Below, piece by piece: positions 25,642 through 33,792 of a stretch of DNA of 64,000 nt. Origin of the DNA: Bacteroidota bacterium. GTDB taxonomy: Bacteria; Bacteroidota; Bacteroidia; AKYH767-A; 2013-40CM-41-45. Position numbers and translations under genes: made by a program. Location: the NCBI GenBank assembly GCA_046052345.1, contig JBJOMN010000066.1, forward strand, positions 13,091-77,090, in the 5' to 3' direction. The notes under the pieces are model-generated. The model saw only the letters and a list, made by a program, of their open reading frames with translations. It had not been told where the DNA came from and did no database searches. Numbering within the stretch: the stretch's first letter is position 1; every line of letters begins with the position of its first letter.

Positions 25642-26079
25642 TCAGAAGGGACGCTGTCCCTCGACCGTGATACCCATGCTGCGGGCCGTACCGGCCACCA
25701 TGCTCATGGCGGACTCAATCGTGAAGCAGTTGAGGTCCGGCATCTTGATCTCGGCGATCTTACGGACGTCGTCCCACGTGACCTTACCGACCTTGCTGCG
25801 GTTCGGTTCCTTGGAACCGCCCTTCAACTTGGCCGCATCCATCAGCTGCACGGCTGCCGGAGGTGTCTTGATGATGAATTCGAACGACTTGTCGGTGTAC
25901 ACCGTGATGATGACCGGGAGGACTTTCCCGGCCTGGTCCTGCGTGCGGGCGTTGAACTGCTTGCAGAACTCCATGATGTTGACACCTTTCGCACCGAGTG
26001 CGGGTCCGATCGGAGGTGCGGGATTGGCCGCACCGCCTTTGACCTGGAGTTTGATGTATGTGCTTATCTCTTTTGCCAT
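25642..26079 (-). CDS. rplK: 50S ribosomal protein L11
   Basis: 145 aa with conserved PPIGPALG. Confidence 0.95.
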   Translation of the reverse strand: MAKEISTYIKLQVKGGAANPAPPIGPALGAKGVNIMEFCKQFNARTQDQAGKVLPVIITVYTDKSFEFIIKTPPAAVQLMDAAKLKGGSKEPNRSKVGKVTWDDVRKIAEIKMPDLNCFTIESAMSMVAGTARSMGITVEGQRPF

Positions 26080-26153
26080 GACGTTGGTTCATTGTGCCTT
26101 TGCGCAACGGCCGTCAGCCTGGAAGCGACTGGCGGAACGTGCCTAAGGGCATG

Positions 26154-26739
26154 TTATTCTTTTTCCACTTGCATATAGTTCAGCTCAAGCGGGGTCTTAC
26201 GTCCGAAGATCTTGACCATCACTTTGAGCTTCTTCTTCTCTTCATTGATCTCCTCGATTACACCCGAGAAGGTGTTGAACGGCCCGTCGATCACTTTGAC
26301 GGATTCGCCGACCACATAGGGAACGGCCATGACGGCATCGTTCTCGGAGAGTTCGTCCATCTTACCGAGGATACGGTTCACTTCCGACTGACGCAGCGGA
26401 ACGGGTGCCTCACCTTTAGGTCCGAGAAAGGAGATCACGCCGGTGATGTTCTCGATGATATGCGGAATCTCACCGACGAGTGCGGCTTCGATCAGCACAT
26501 ACCCCGGAAGGATGCTGCGTTCCTTGGTGACCTTCTTGCCGTTGCGGATCTGTACGAACTTCTCGGTGGGTATGAGTACCTGGGCGACATAGTCGTTCAG
26601 CTTGAGGCGGGTGACTTCCGACTCGATGTACTGCTTCACCTTCTTCTCCTTGCCGGCGATCGCGCGTACGACGTACCATTTCCGTCCGATATCCTTGGAC
26701 GGCTGGGTGGTCGATTTTGTGGTGGTAGTTTCGGTCATG
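26154..26739 (-). CDS. nusG: Transcription termination/antitermination factor NusG
   Basis: Start at the internal ATG (MTETTTTKS...[15 protein letters not shown]). NGN plus KOW domains. The ORF-track N-terminal extension overlaps secE and is rejected. Confidence 0.9.
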
Positions 26740-26752
26740 ATCCTGGGTATGG

Positions 26753-26947
26753 TCAGGCGATCATCTTGTAGAACAAGTTCATGATACCGGTGAATCCCAT
26801 ATCCATGGCGAAGATGACCAGACCTATGAGTGCCGTGGACACCATGACCACGATGACACTGCTCTGGAGCTCTTCCCATGTGGGCCAGCTGACCTTTTCG
26901 ATCAACTCCCGGTAGCTTTCTTTGATATAATCGGCGATTTTGCTCAT
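26753..26947 (-). CDS. secE: Preprotein translocase subunit SecE
   Basis: 64 aa with a single C-terminal TM helix. Lies between tRNA-Trp and nusG. Confidence 0.85.
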   Translation of the reverse strand: MSKIADYIKESYRELIEKVSWPTWEELQSSVIVVMVSTALIGLVIFAMDMGFTGIMNLFYKMIA

Positions 26948-26984
26948 TACTTCGTTTGAATGTACCGTATCCGGTTCAGGGTGT

Positions 26985-27058
26985 GAGCACGGGTGGAGAG
27001 ACTCGAACTCCCAGCCAACGGTTTTGGAGACCGCTACTCTACCATTGAGCTACACCCG
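26985..27058 (-). tRNA. tRNA-Trp (anticodon CCA)
   Basis: Minus-strand cloverleaf with anticodon loop cuCCAaa. Canonical position between tuf and secE. Confidence 0.85.
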
Positions 27059-27128
27059 TGTATGGCACAAAGGACAGCGAACAGTGAGGCACCGTCCGCT
27101 GTCCGTATGCGACCTCTTACTGAATCAA

Positions 27129-28316
27129 TTACTTGATGATCTCAGTCACCTGACCTGCACCAACGGTACGGCCACCTTCGCGGATAGCGAAACGGAGACC
27201 TTTGTCCATAGCTACAGGCTGGATGAGGGTGACAGTGATGGTCACGTTGTCACCAGGCATTACCATCTCACGACCTTCCGGCAGTACGATCTCGCCGGTA
27301 ACGTCGGTCGTGCGCAGGTAGAACTGAGGACGGTACCTGTTCTGGAACGGGGTGTGACGACCACCTTCTTCCTTCTTCAGGACGTAGATCTCGGCCTTGA
27401 AGACGGTGTGGGGGGTGATGGAGCCCGGCTTGGCGATAACCATGCCGCGGCGGATGTCGTTCTTTTCGATACCACGGAGGAGCAGACCGACGTTGTCGCC
27501 GGCTTCGCCGCGGTCAAGGATCTTGCGGAACATCTCGACACCGGTTACGGTCGACTTCATGCTCTGCTCCTGCATGCCGATGATCTCAACGTCCTCGCCG
27601 GAGTTGATGACACCGCGCTCGATACGGCCGGTAGCAACGGTACCGCGACCGGTGATGGAGAACACGTCTTCAACAGGCATGAGGAAAGGCTTGTCAACGT
27701 CACGCGGAGGAACCGGGATGTAGGTATCGACGGCTTCCATGAGTTTCATGATGCTGTCAACCCACTTGGCGTCGTTATTCAGACCGCCTAGAGCGGAACC
27801 GCGGATGATCGGGGTGTTGGCGCCGTCGAACTCGTAGAAAGAGAGGAGGTCGCGGACTTCCATCTCGACGAGATCCAACAGTTCGGGATCGTCAACCATG
27901 TCCACCTTGTTCAGGAACACGACGATCTTCGGAACGCCTACCTGACGGGCAAGCAGGATGTGCTCGCGGGTCTGGGGCATCGGACCGTCCGTAGCGGCAA
28001 CAACGAGGATGGCACCGTCCATCTGAGCGGCACCCGTTACCATGTTCTTCACATAGTCGGCGTGACCGGGACAGTCAACGTGTGCATAGTGACGGTTAGC
28101 CGTCTGGTATTCAACGTGAGCGGTGTTGATGGTGATACCACGCTCTTTCTCTTCCGGTGCGTTGTCGATGGAATCGAAGGAACGCTTCTCAGAGAGGCCT
28201 TTTTCCGCCAATACGGTGGTGATTGCAGCCGTGAGGGTGGTCTTACCGTGGTCAACGTGACCGATGGTACCGATGTTCACGTGGGGTTTAGTCCGTTCAA
28301 ATTTCTCTTTTGCCAT
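27129..28316 (-). CDS. tuf: Elongation factor Tu
   Basis: 395 aa with [15 protein letters not shown] and NKVD motifs. Confidence 0.97.
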   Translation of the reverse strand: MAKEKFERTKPHVNIGTIGHVDHGKTTLTAAITTVLAEKGLSEKRSFDSIDNAPEEKERGITINTAHVEYQTANRHYAHVDCPGHADYVKNMVTGAAQMDGAILVVAATDGPMPQTREHILLARQVGVPKIVVFLNKVDMVDDPELLDLVEMEVRDLLSFYEFDGANTPIIRGSALGGLNNDAKWVDSIMKLMEAVDTYIPVPPRDVDKPFLMPVEDVFSITGRGTVATGRIERGVINSGEDVEIIGMQEQSMKSTVTGVEMFRKILDRGEAGDNVGLLLRGIEKNDIRRGMVIAKPGSITPHTVFKAEIYVLKKEEGGRHTPFQNRYRPQFYLRTTDVTGEIVLPEGREMVMPGDNVTITVTLIQPVAMDKGLRFAIREGGRTVGAGQVTEIIK

Positions 28317-28371
28317 TTTTCAGTAGAGGTTATAGGTTATCGGGTAATTTATGTTTGGTATTCAAGGACAT

Positions 28372-28409
28372 CACACGGAATGCGGGTGGAAGCTTCCGCA
28401 TTCTGTGTG
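28372..28409 (-). other. 14-bp stem-loop between tRNA-Thr(GGT) and tuf (candidate processing/attenuation structure)
   Basis: cacacggaatgcgg / ccgcattctgtgtg matches at 13 of 14 positions with a 10-nt loop. It lies 6 nt downstream of the tRNA 3' end and has no U-run. Confidence 0.4.
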
Positions 28410-28415
28410 ACTGTG

Positions 28416-28489
28416 AGCCAATGACCAGGATCGAACTGGTGACCTCATCCTTACCATGGATGTGCTCTACCAACTGAGCTACATTGGCT
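28416..28489 (-). tRNA. tRNA-Thr (anticodon GGT)
   Basis: Reverse complement: gccaatgtagctcagttggtagagcacatccatGGTaagg...; acceptor stem gccaatg/cattggc. Confidence 0.85.
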
Positions 28490-28558
28490 GAATGTTTTTA
28501 CCGGCACACTTCCGCAAAGCCTTGCCGGTAAAGGCTTTGGGGGTCATCGGACCGCTGG

Positions 28559-28631
28559 AGCGGAAGACGGGGCTCGAACCCGCCACCCTCAGCTTGGAAG
28601 GCTGATGCTCTACCAAATGAGCTACTTCCGC
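28559..28631 (-). tRNA. tRNA-Gly (anticodon TCC)
   Basis: Reverse complement: gcggaagtagctcatttggtagagcatcagccTTCCaagctga...; anticodon loop cttccaa. Confidence 0.85.
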
Positions 28632-28724
28632 TTGTTCGGTAAGGACCCTCTGTCAAGGGGGCGTGAAGGTCGGAAATTTCCCGCTGATTCACAACACCTT
28701 GTATCGGGACCTGGACGAAGATTT

Positions 28725-28810
28725 TGGTGGGGAGAGGAGGATTCGAACCTCCGAAGTCGTAAGACAACAGATTTACAGTCTGCCCCATTTGGCCACTCTG
28801 GAATCTCCCC
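28725..28810 (-). tRNA. tRNA-Tyr (anticodon GTA), long variable arm, CCA encoded
   Basis: Reverse complement: ggggagattccagagtggccaaatggggcagactGTAaatctg...ctctccccacca; 86 nt. Confidence 0.85.
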
Positions 28811-28841
28811 CGGCCGATGCCGTCAATGTATATTTATCGCG

Positions 28842-28915
28842 AGCCGATGGAGGGACTCGAACCCCCGACCTACTGATTACAAATCAGTAGCTCTAACCAC
28901 CTGAGCTACATCGGC
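28842..28915 (-). tRNA. tRNA-Thr (anticodon TGT)
   Basis: Reverse complement: gccgatgtagctcaggtggttagagctactgatTTGTaatcagtagg...; acceptor stem gccgatg/catcggc. Confidence 0.85.
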
Positions 28916-28964
28916 GAAATTGCGCGAAAATCAAAGAACGCACTACCCCTCCGAAAAGGGACTG

Positions 28965-28995
28965 CAAATGTAGAAAAACTAACTCCGAATTCAAA
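28965..28995 (-). promoter_or_regulatory. Bacteroidetes sigmaA promoter for the tRNA-tuf operon: -33 TTTG, 19-nt spacer, -7 TAcaTTTG
   Basis: Minus-strand sequence aaaTTTGaattcggagttagtttttcTACATTTGcagtcc. Exact consensus TTTG-N19-TAnnTTTG, about 50 nt upstream of the first tRNA. Confidence 0.55.
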
Positions 28996-29030
28996 TTTTG
29001 ATGATTTTTTTTTGAAAAAAGCTTCACCGG

Positions 29031-29070
29031 GAAAAGAAAAGGGGCAGACATACGTCCGCCCCTTTTTGGT
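29031..29070. terminator. Bidirectional rho-independent terminator
   Basis: aaaagaaaa ggggcagacatacgtccgcccc tttttgg. GC stem flanked by an A-run and a T-run, so functional in both orientations. Confidence 0.6.
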
Positions 29071-29091
29071 CGAATTTCGAAGAAATTGCCC

Positions 29092-29262
29092 TCAGGCGAT
29101 GACTTTCGCCAGCGGATAACGCTTCTTCCACATTTTAAAGGCTGCCATGCTGTGCACCACCATCGTGGTCTTGTGATCGAGCTGAACCTTTATGCGGGGC
29201 CCTGAAGCTGCCACAGGAGCCGGCTTCACAGGCTTTTTCTTGATGTTTTTTGATCTGATCAT
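29092..29262 (-). CDS. Small basic hypothetical protein (56 aa), absent from ORF track
   Basis: Manual translation gives MIRSKNIKKKPVKPAPVAASGPRIKVQLDHKTTMVVHSMAAFKMWKKRYPLAKVIA*. The stop is followed within 25 nt by the bidirectional terminator. Preceded by a 320-bp AT-rich leader with a TAcTTTTG -7-like element at about 29485-29492 (minus). Confidence 0.4.
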   Translation of the reverse strand: MIRSKNIKKKPVKPAPVAASGPRIKVQLDHKTTMVVHSMAAFKMWKKRYPLAKVIA

Positions 29263-29586
29263 AGTTAAAGTGCGGCATTCACCGCGGTTTAGAATATAAC
29301 AAACAAGTGTCTCTCTAGTTACAAGAGTACATCAGAAACCGTACCACTTCCCATGATGTACATCATTTTCTCAACAAAGAGAACCTGATTAATTCAACTT
29401 CAAATTAACGATTTATTCTGACACTTATTGGTTAAAATAAATTAATTCTTGGAAAAATCCCACAAACGACTGGAAATCAATGCAAAAGTACAAGACGTGC
29501 AAATTGCGGGGTGCGGGCTACGGGGCGCGAAGCGCTGGTAGCAAGGAGCCAAAAACCGATAAAAATCGAAAAAACCACTTTTTAGA

Positions 29587-30588
29587 CTATCGGGCTCCTA
29601 TCCGGACCGCCAGCTCCGCCAGGCGGTTTGAATATCCGATCTCATTATCGTACCAACCCACCACTTTTACCATGGCTCCGAGTACCGTGGTGAGCTGGGC
29701 ATCGAAGATGCAGGAATGAGGATTTCCCACGATATCGGCACTGACAATCGGATCCTCCGTGTATTCCAGAATCCCTTTCATGGCGCCCTCCGCATAAGTT
29801 CGGAAAGCCTTGTTGACGGTTTCCACATCCGGATGCTTTTTCAGGATACACGTGATATCCGTGAGCGATCCGTTCGGAACCGGCACCCTCACCCCTGCTC
29901 CACCCAGCTTACCCTGTAGATGAGGAAGCACGTCTCCTAACGCCTTTGCGGCACCGGTCGTTGTCGGAATGATGGAAAGCGCGGCAGCACGGGCACGGCG
30001 AAGGTCTTTGTGCGGAGCATCGTGGATGTTCTGGTCGCCGGTGTAGGCATGGACCGTTGTCACGAAGGCTGAATCGATCCCCCACAACTCATCCAGGATC
30101 TTCAACATGGGTGCAGCATTGTTGGTCGTGCACGAAGCGTTGGACACCACGTCATCCGATTCGAGCAGGATCCCCTCGTTGACCCCCAGCACCACGGTCT
30201 TCACAGGTTCACCACTCTTTGCCGGAGCTGAAAGAATCACCTTCCTTGCGCCTGCCGAGAGATGCTTCACGGCACCTGCCTTGTCCGTGAACTTACCGGT
30301 ACACTCCAGCACCACATCCACTCCCAACTCCCTCCACGGTAACTGCGAGGGGTCTTTGAAAGACATGCATGGAATCCGGATACCGTTCAACTCCAGATGG
30401 GATTCCGTCGAACTTACGTTTCCGCTGAAGGCACGATGCACCGAATCGTATTTGAACAGATGGGCCAGGGTGGGGTTATCCGTAAGGTCGTTGATGCCTG
30501 CGATTTCGACACCCGGCGTCCGGAGCAATACCCTGGTCGTCATCCTTCCGATGCGACCGAACCCGTTGATGGCTATTCGTACTGGCAT
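29587..30588 (-). CDS. gap: Type I glyceraldehyde-3-phosphate dehydrogenase
   Basis: 333 aa with NGFGRIGR Rossmann motif, ASCTTN active-site Cys and WYDNE. Confidence 0.92.
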   Translation of the reverse strand: MPVRIAINGFGRIGRMTTRVLLRTPGVEIAGINDLTDNPTLAHLFKYDSVHRAFSGNVSSTESHLELNGIRIPCMSFKDPSQLPWRELGVDVVLECTGKFTDKAGAVKHLSAGARKVILSAPAKSGEPVKTVVLGVNEGILLESDDVVSNASCTTNNAAPMLKILDELWGIDSAFVTTVHAYTGDQNIHDAPHKDLRRARAAALSIIPTTTGAAKALGDVLPHLQGKLGGAGVRVPVPNGSLTDITCILKKHPDVETVNKAFRTYAEGAMKGILEYTEDPIVSADIVGNPHSCIFDAQLTTVLGAMVKVVGWYDNEIGYSNRLAELAVRIGAR

Positions 30589-30600
30589 ATTATTTCTAAA

Positions 30601-31479
30601 TCAGTCCCGTTGAAAATGTTTTTCCGCATGGTAGCTGGAACGTACGAGGGGACCGCTCTCCACGAAGCGGAAACCCATGTCCTCCCCTTTGACCTTATAG
30701 AAGGCAAACCGGTCGGGATGTATGAACTCCGCCACCGGAAGGTGCTCCCTGGTAGGCTGCAGATACTGTCCGAGCGTGAGAATGGACACCCCCGCGTCAC
30801 GCAGGTCCTGCATCGACTCCAGGACTTCGTCCTGCGTCTCACCGAGTCCGAGCATTATCCCGGACTTGGCGTTGACACCGGCATCTGCGATACGCTTGAG
30901 TACTTCGAGGCTGCGGTCATATTTCGCCTGTACGCGTACCTGTTTGGTAAGCCTTCGGACGGTTTCAAGGTTGTGTGAGATCACTTCAGGTCGTTCGTCA
31001 ATGACACGCTGCAGATTCGACCAGTCCCCTTGGAAATCCGGGATCAACGTCTCCATCGTAGTGCCCGGAGACAGTTCACGGATCTTGCGGATGGTATCGA
31101 CCCATACGGCGGAACCACCGTCCTCCAGGTCGTCGCGGTCGACGGAGGTGATCACGCAATGCTTCACCCCCATCAATTTGACCGACTTGGCGACGCGCAG
31201 CGGCTCGAAAGGGTCGACCGCTTCCGGACGGCCGGTGGCCACGGAGCAGAACCCGCACGATCGTGTGCATACGTTTCCAAGTATCATGAACGTGGCCGTA
31301 CCTGCTCCCCAGCATTCACCCATGTTGGGACAGTTGCCGCTTTGGCAGATGGTGTGCAGCTTGTGCTCGGATACGATCTCGCGCACTTTGCGGTACTCCT
31401 CACCGATGGGAAGTTTCACCTTCAACCAGGACGGTTTCCCGGATTGCTGTGATGTGCCGGTGGCGGATGATTCGGACAT
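30601..31479 (-). CDS. lipA: Lipoyl synthase
   Basis: 292 aa with CxxxCxxC radical-SAM motif (CTRSCGFC) and a second cysteine cluster ([12 protein letters not shown]). Confidence 0.92.
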   Translation of the reverse strand: MSESSATGTSQQSGKPSWLKVKLPIGEEYRKVREIVSEHKLHTICQSGNCPNMGECWGAGTATFMILGNVCTRSCGFCSVATGRPEAVDPFEPLRVAKSVKLMGVKHCVITSVDRDDLEDGGSAVWVDTIRKIRELSPGTTMETLIPDFQGDWSNLQRVIDERPEVISHNLETVRRLTKQVRVQAKYDRSLEVLKRIADAGVNAKSGIMLGLGETQDEVLESMQDLRDAGVSILTLGQYLQPTREHLPVAEFIHPDRFAFYKVKGEDMGFRFVESGPLVRSSYHAEKHFQRD

Positions 31480-31515
31480 GCGGAACGGTAGAAGTACGAA
31501 GTGAGGGAATGAGGA

Positions 31516-32292
31516 CTATTTCTTACTCCCCCAGTAGAGTGAAACATAAAAATTGACGAAGAGGTCCTGGGCATCGTTCTTCGCCATGATCGGTATGGCT
31601 TTGGGAAAGTAATCAATGGTGACTCCTGTCTCCAGAGCGGTGATCTTGTTCTGGATGCCGGAATATTCGAACGATACGGAACCCTTGGCATAGACTCCGG
31701 GATGGACCTTGAGTTCACCGAATCCACGGAAATAAGGCCCGGGACCGTAGAAACTTTCCACGGACTGCTGGTCGGGATCCGAAGGATCGTACTTGCGCGT
31801 GTCGATCACCTTATAACCGGAAAGCGTATCGTAGGGATCATCGACCAGCACGTCCAGGTAGACGGGCTTGGTGATGCCGAGCACGGCGCCTCCGTAGTAA
31901 TTGTAGCGTACTTCTACCCCGCTGCGTTCGGCTTTAGAGAAGAGGACATGCTGCATGCCGTAACCGCCGCGGAGGAAGTATACGAAGTTCAGCTTTCCGA
32001 AATAGAAAGGACGGGAATCCGGGTAATAGGGGTTCGGCTGCTTGTATTGCTTAGGATGACGCATGGAGACAAGGTCCAATTCCAGCATGCGCTTCCTGAA
32101 ACCGGTGACATGCGTGCCGCGACGGTACGACGCTCCAAGGCCGTTGGAATGGAGGATGATACCCCCTGACGATTCCTGACGGTAGAGGATGTTGACATCG
32201 CTCCTGTCCGAACGCAAGGAGTCCTGCGACCAAGCAGCCGGGCCGGTCAGCAATGCCGAGCAAACCATCAAGAACGAGAAAAACCTGCGCAT
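31516..32292 (-). CDS. Hypothetical secreted/outer-membrane protein
   Basis: Start moved to MRRFFSFLMVCSALLTGPAAWSQ (signal peptide). Tyr/Gly-rich beta-type sequence. No recognised catalytic motif. Confidence 0.5.
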   Translation of the reverse strand: MRRFFSFLMVCSALLTGPAAWSQDSLRSDRSDVNILYRQESSGGIILHSNGLGASYRRGTHVTGFRKRMLELDLVSMRHPKQYKQPNPYYPDSRPFYFGKLNFVYFLRGGYGMQHVLFSKAERSGVEVRYNYYGGAVLGITKPVYLDVLVDDPYDTLSGYKVIDTRKYDPSDPDQQSVESFYGPGPYFRGFGELKVHPGVYAKGSVSFEYSGIQNKITALETGVTIDYFPKAIPIMAKNDAQDLFVNFYVSLYWGSKK

Positions 32293-32353
32293 TACCACAA
32301 AATTAATGATTCCACTGATACGCAGGGATAGGTCCCCGCTTAACTTTGCCTGC

Positions 32354-32761
32354 ATGGAAACCATCCAAACCACCTACTTGGGAGAGCTCAGGACCTCTGC
32401 ACGTCACGTCGCTTCCGGTAACACGCTCATCACGGACGCCCCGGTCGATAACCGTGGAAAAGGCGAAGCCTTCTCACCTACCGATCTGCTGGCCGCTTCA
32501 CTGGGCAGTTGCATGGCGACGATCATGGGTATCGCCGCACAGACACACGGCATACCGCTGGAAGGGATGAAATTGCTGATTACAAAAACAATGGCCGCTG
32601 ATCCCCGCAGAGTTGCCGGGGTCAAGGTCGAGTTCCACATGCCTGATCACGACTACAGCGAAAAAGAGAGGAGCATACTGGACAAGGCTGCACGTACCTG
32701 CCCGGTCGCTCTCAGCCTGCATCCGGAGGTCAAACAGGAGATCAGTTTCATCTATAAATGA
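32354..32761 (+). CDS. OsmC/Ohr family peroxiredoxin-like protein
   Basis: Start at METIQTTYLGELR, giving 135 aa. Conserved OsmC Cys region (AASLGSCMA ... ARTCPV). Confidence 0.8.
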   Translation: METIQTTYLGELRTSARHVASGNTLITDAPVDNRGKGEAFSPTDLLAASLGSCMATIMGIAAQTHGIPLEGMKLLITKTMAADPRRVAGVKVEFHMPDHDYSEKERSILDKAARTCPVALSLHPEVKQEISFIYK

Positions 32762-32795
32762 AAAAAGCGGCCCCGGCGGGACCGCTGATGAAATC
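32762..32795. terminator. GC-rich palindromic hairpin between convergent genes
   Basis: aaaaaa gcggccccggcgggaccgc. Near-palindrome right after the osmC stop and after the stop of the small minus-strand ORF. Confidence 0.45.
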
Positions 32796-32810
32796 AGTAT
32801 CGAGGACGAC

Positions 32811-32945
32811 TCAGCCGTGGTGGACACGGTGGGTGCCCGGAGCACCGGCCTTGCCATAAGCGGGGCAACGTTCGTGGGTCTTGCAGGAGGCAAATACTGC
32901 AGCGAGGATGGCAAGGAAAAATACGGCTTGGAGGATTTTTTTCAT
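32811..32945 (-). CDS. Small putative lipoprotein/lipopeptide (44 aa), absent from ORF track
   Basis: Manual translation gives MKKILQAVFFLAILAAVFASCKDPRTLPRLWQGRCSGHPPCPHG*. Signal peptide plus lipobox (FASC). The 24-aa mature part has 4 Cys (including the lipobox Cys), 2 His and 5 Pro. Confidence 0.35.
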   Translation of the reverse strand: MKKILQAVFFLAILAAVFASCKTHERCPAYGKAGAPGTHRVHHG

Positions 32946-33092
32946 TGGATGTCTTTTAAGGATAACGTGCCGAAGCCGGCCATTATTCTGTTTTCAAGGT
33001 CCGCAAAAATAACATCCTGCCCACTACATCGGCGCTTCAAGTTATCAACAATAAAACGACGGCTTGAGAGGCTTTCGGATATTGCAGAGGAA

Positions 33093-33785
33093 ATGGAAAC
33101 GATGCAACAAGTGACTCCCAGGATCGAAGCCGGCTGGCTCGAATGCCTACAATCGGAGTTCGCATCGGACTACTTCAAGTCGCTTAAATCCTTCCTTGTA
33201 GAGGAAAAAAAGCGAGGAATCGAAATCTACCCTCCGGGACCCGAGATTTTTTCGGCCTTCGACAAAACCCCCTTCAAAGAGGTGAAGGTCGTCCTTCTGG
33301 GTCAGGATCCGTACCACGGACCCGGACAGGCACACGGCCTCAGTTTTTCGGTGAAAGACGGAATTCCACTGCCGCCTTCCCTGCTCAACATCTACAAGGA
33401 ATTACAAATCGAATACGGTTGGCCGATTTCTCGAAAAGGCAATCTCGAGAAATGGGCGCGGCAAGGCGTGCTTTTACTGAACGCGACGCTCACCGTGCGG
33501 GCCCGCGAGGCAGGATCGCACCAGAAGCAAGGCTGGGAGAACTTCACCGATGCGGTGATTCGTACCGTTTCAGAACGTAAGGAAGGCGTAGTGTTCCTCC
33601 TGTGGGGCAGGTTCGCCCAGGCAAAGGAATCATTGATCGATGCGGGAAGGCACCACATCCTGAAAGCCGCGCATCCCTCTCCGTTTTCGGCAGACAAGGG
33701 ATTCTTCGGTTGCGGCCATTTCAAGAAGACAAATGAAATACTGCAGCGGCAGGGATCGGATACGGTCGATTGGAAAATCGATTGA
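33093..33785 (+). CDS. ung: Uracil-DNA glycosylase (family 1)
   Basis: Start at METMQQVTPRIEAGW, giving 230 aa. Motifs GQDPYHG, HPSP and LLLN. The ORF-track 390-aa form carries an N-terminal extension overlapping osmC, which is rejected. Confidence 0.9.
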   Translation: METMQQVTPRIEAGWLECLQSEFASDYFKSLKSFLVEEKKRGIEIYPPGPEIFSAFDKTPFKEVKVVLLGQDPYHGPGQAHGLSFSVKDGIPLPPSLLNIYKELQIEYGWPISRKGNLEKWARQGVLLLNATLTVRAREAGSHQKQGWENFTDAVIRTVSERKEGVVFLLWGRFAQAKESLIDAGRHHILKAAHPSPFSADKGFFGCGHFKKTNEILQRQGSDTVDWKID

Positions 33786-33792
33786 CGGGACA

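Noticed and set aside
26740-26879. N-terminal extension of nusG and the 47595 extension of the HlyD gene
   Set aside because: The extensions overlap upstream genes (secE, RND permease). Internal ATGs give canonical N-termini (NusG NGN domain; signal-peptide/lipobox MISMIRPLLL...LTGC).
28605-28904. 75-99-aa plus-strand ORFs across the tRNA cluster
   Set aside because: They overlap four clear tRNA genes and are not plausible coding sequences.
26948-29586. Integrated mobile element next to the tRNA cluster
   Set aside because: No integrase, transposase or direct repeats of the tRNA 3' ends were seen. The 660-bp gap holds only a small ORF, a terminator and AT-rich promoter DNA.
32613-33092. N-terminal 160-aa extension of the ung ORF (ORF-track 390-aa form)
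   Set aside because: The extension overlaps osmC and the small lipobox ORF and has no UDG similarity. The conserved UDG start METMQQ at 33093 gives the canonical 230 aa.
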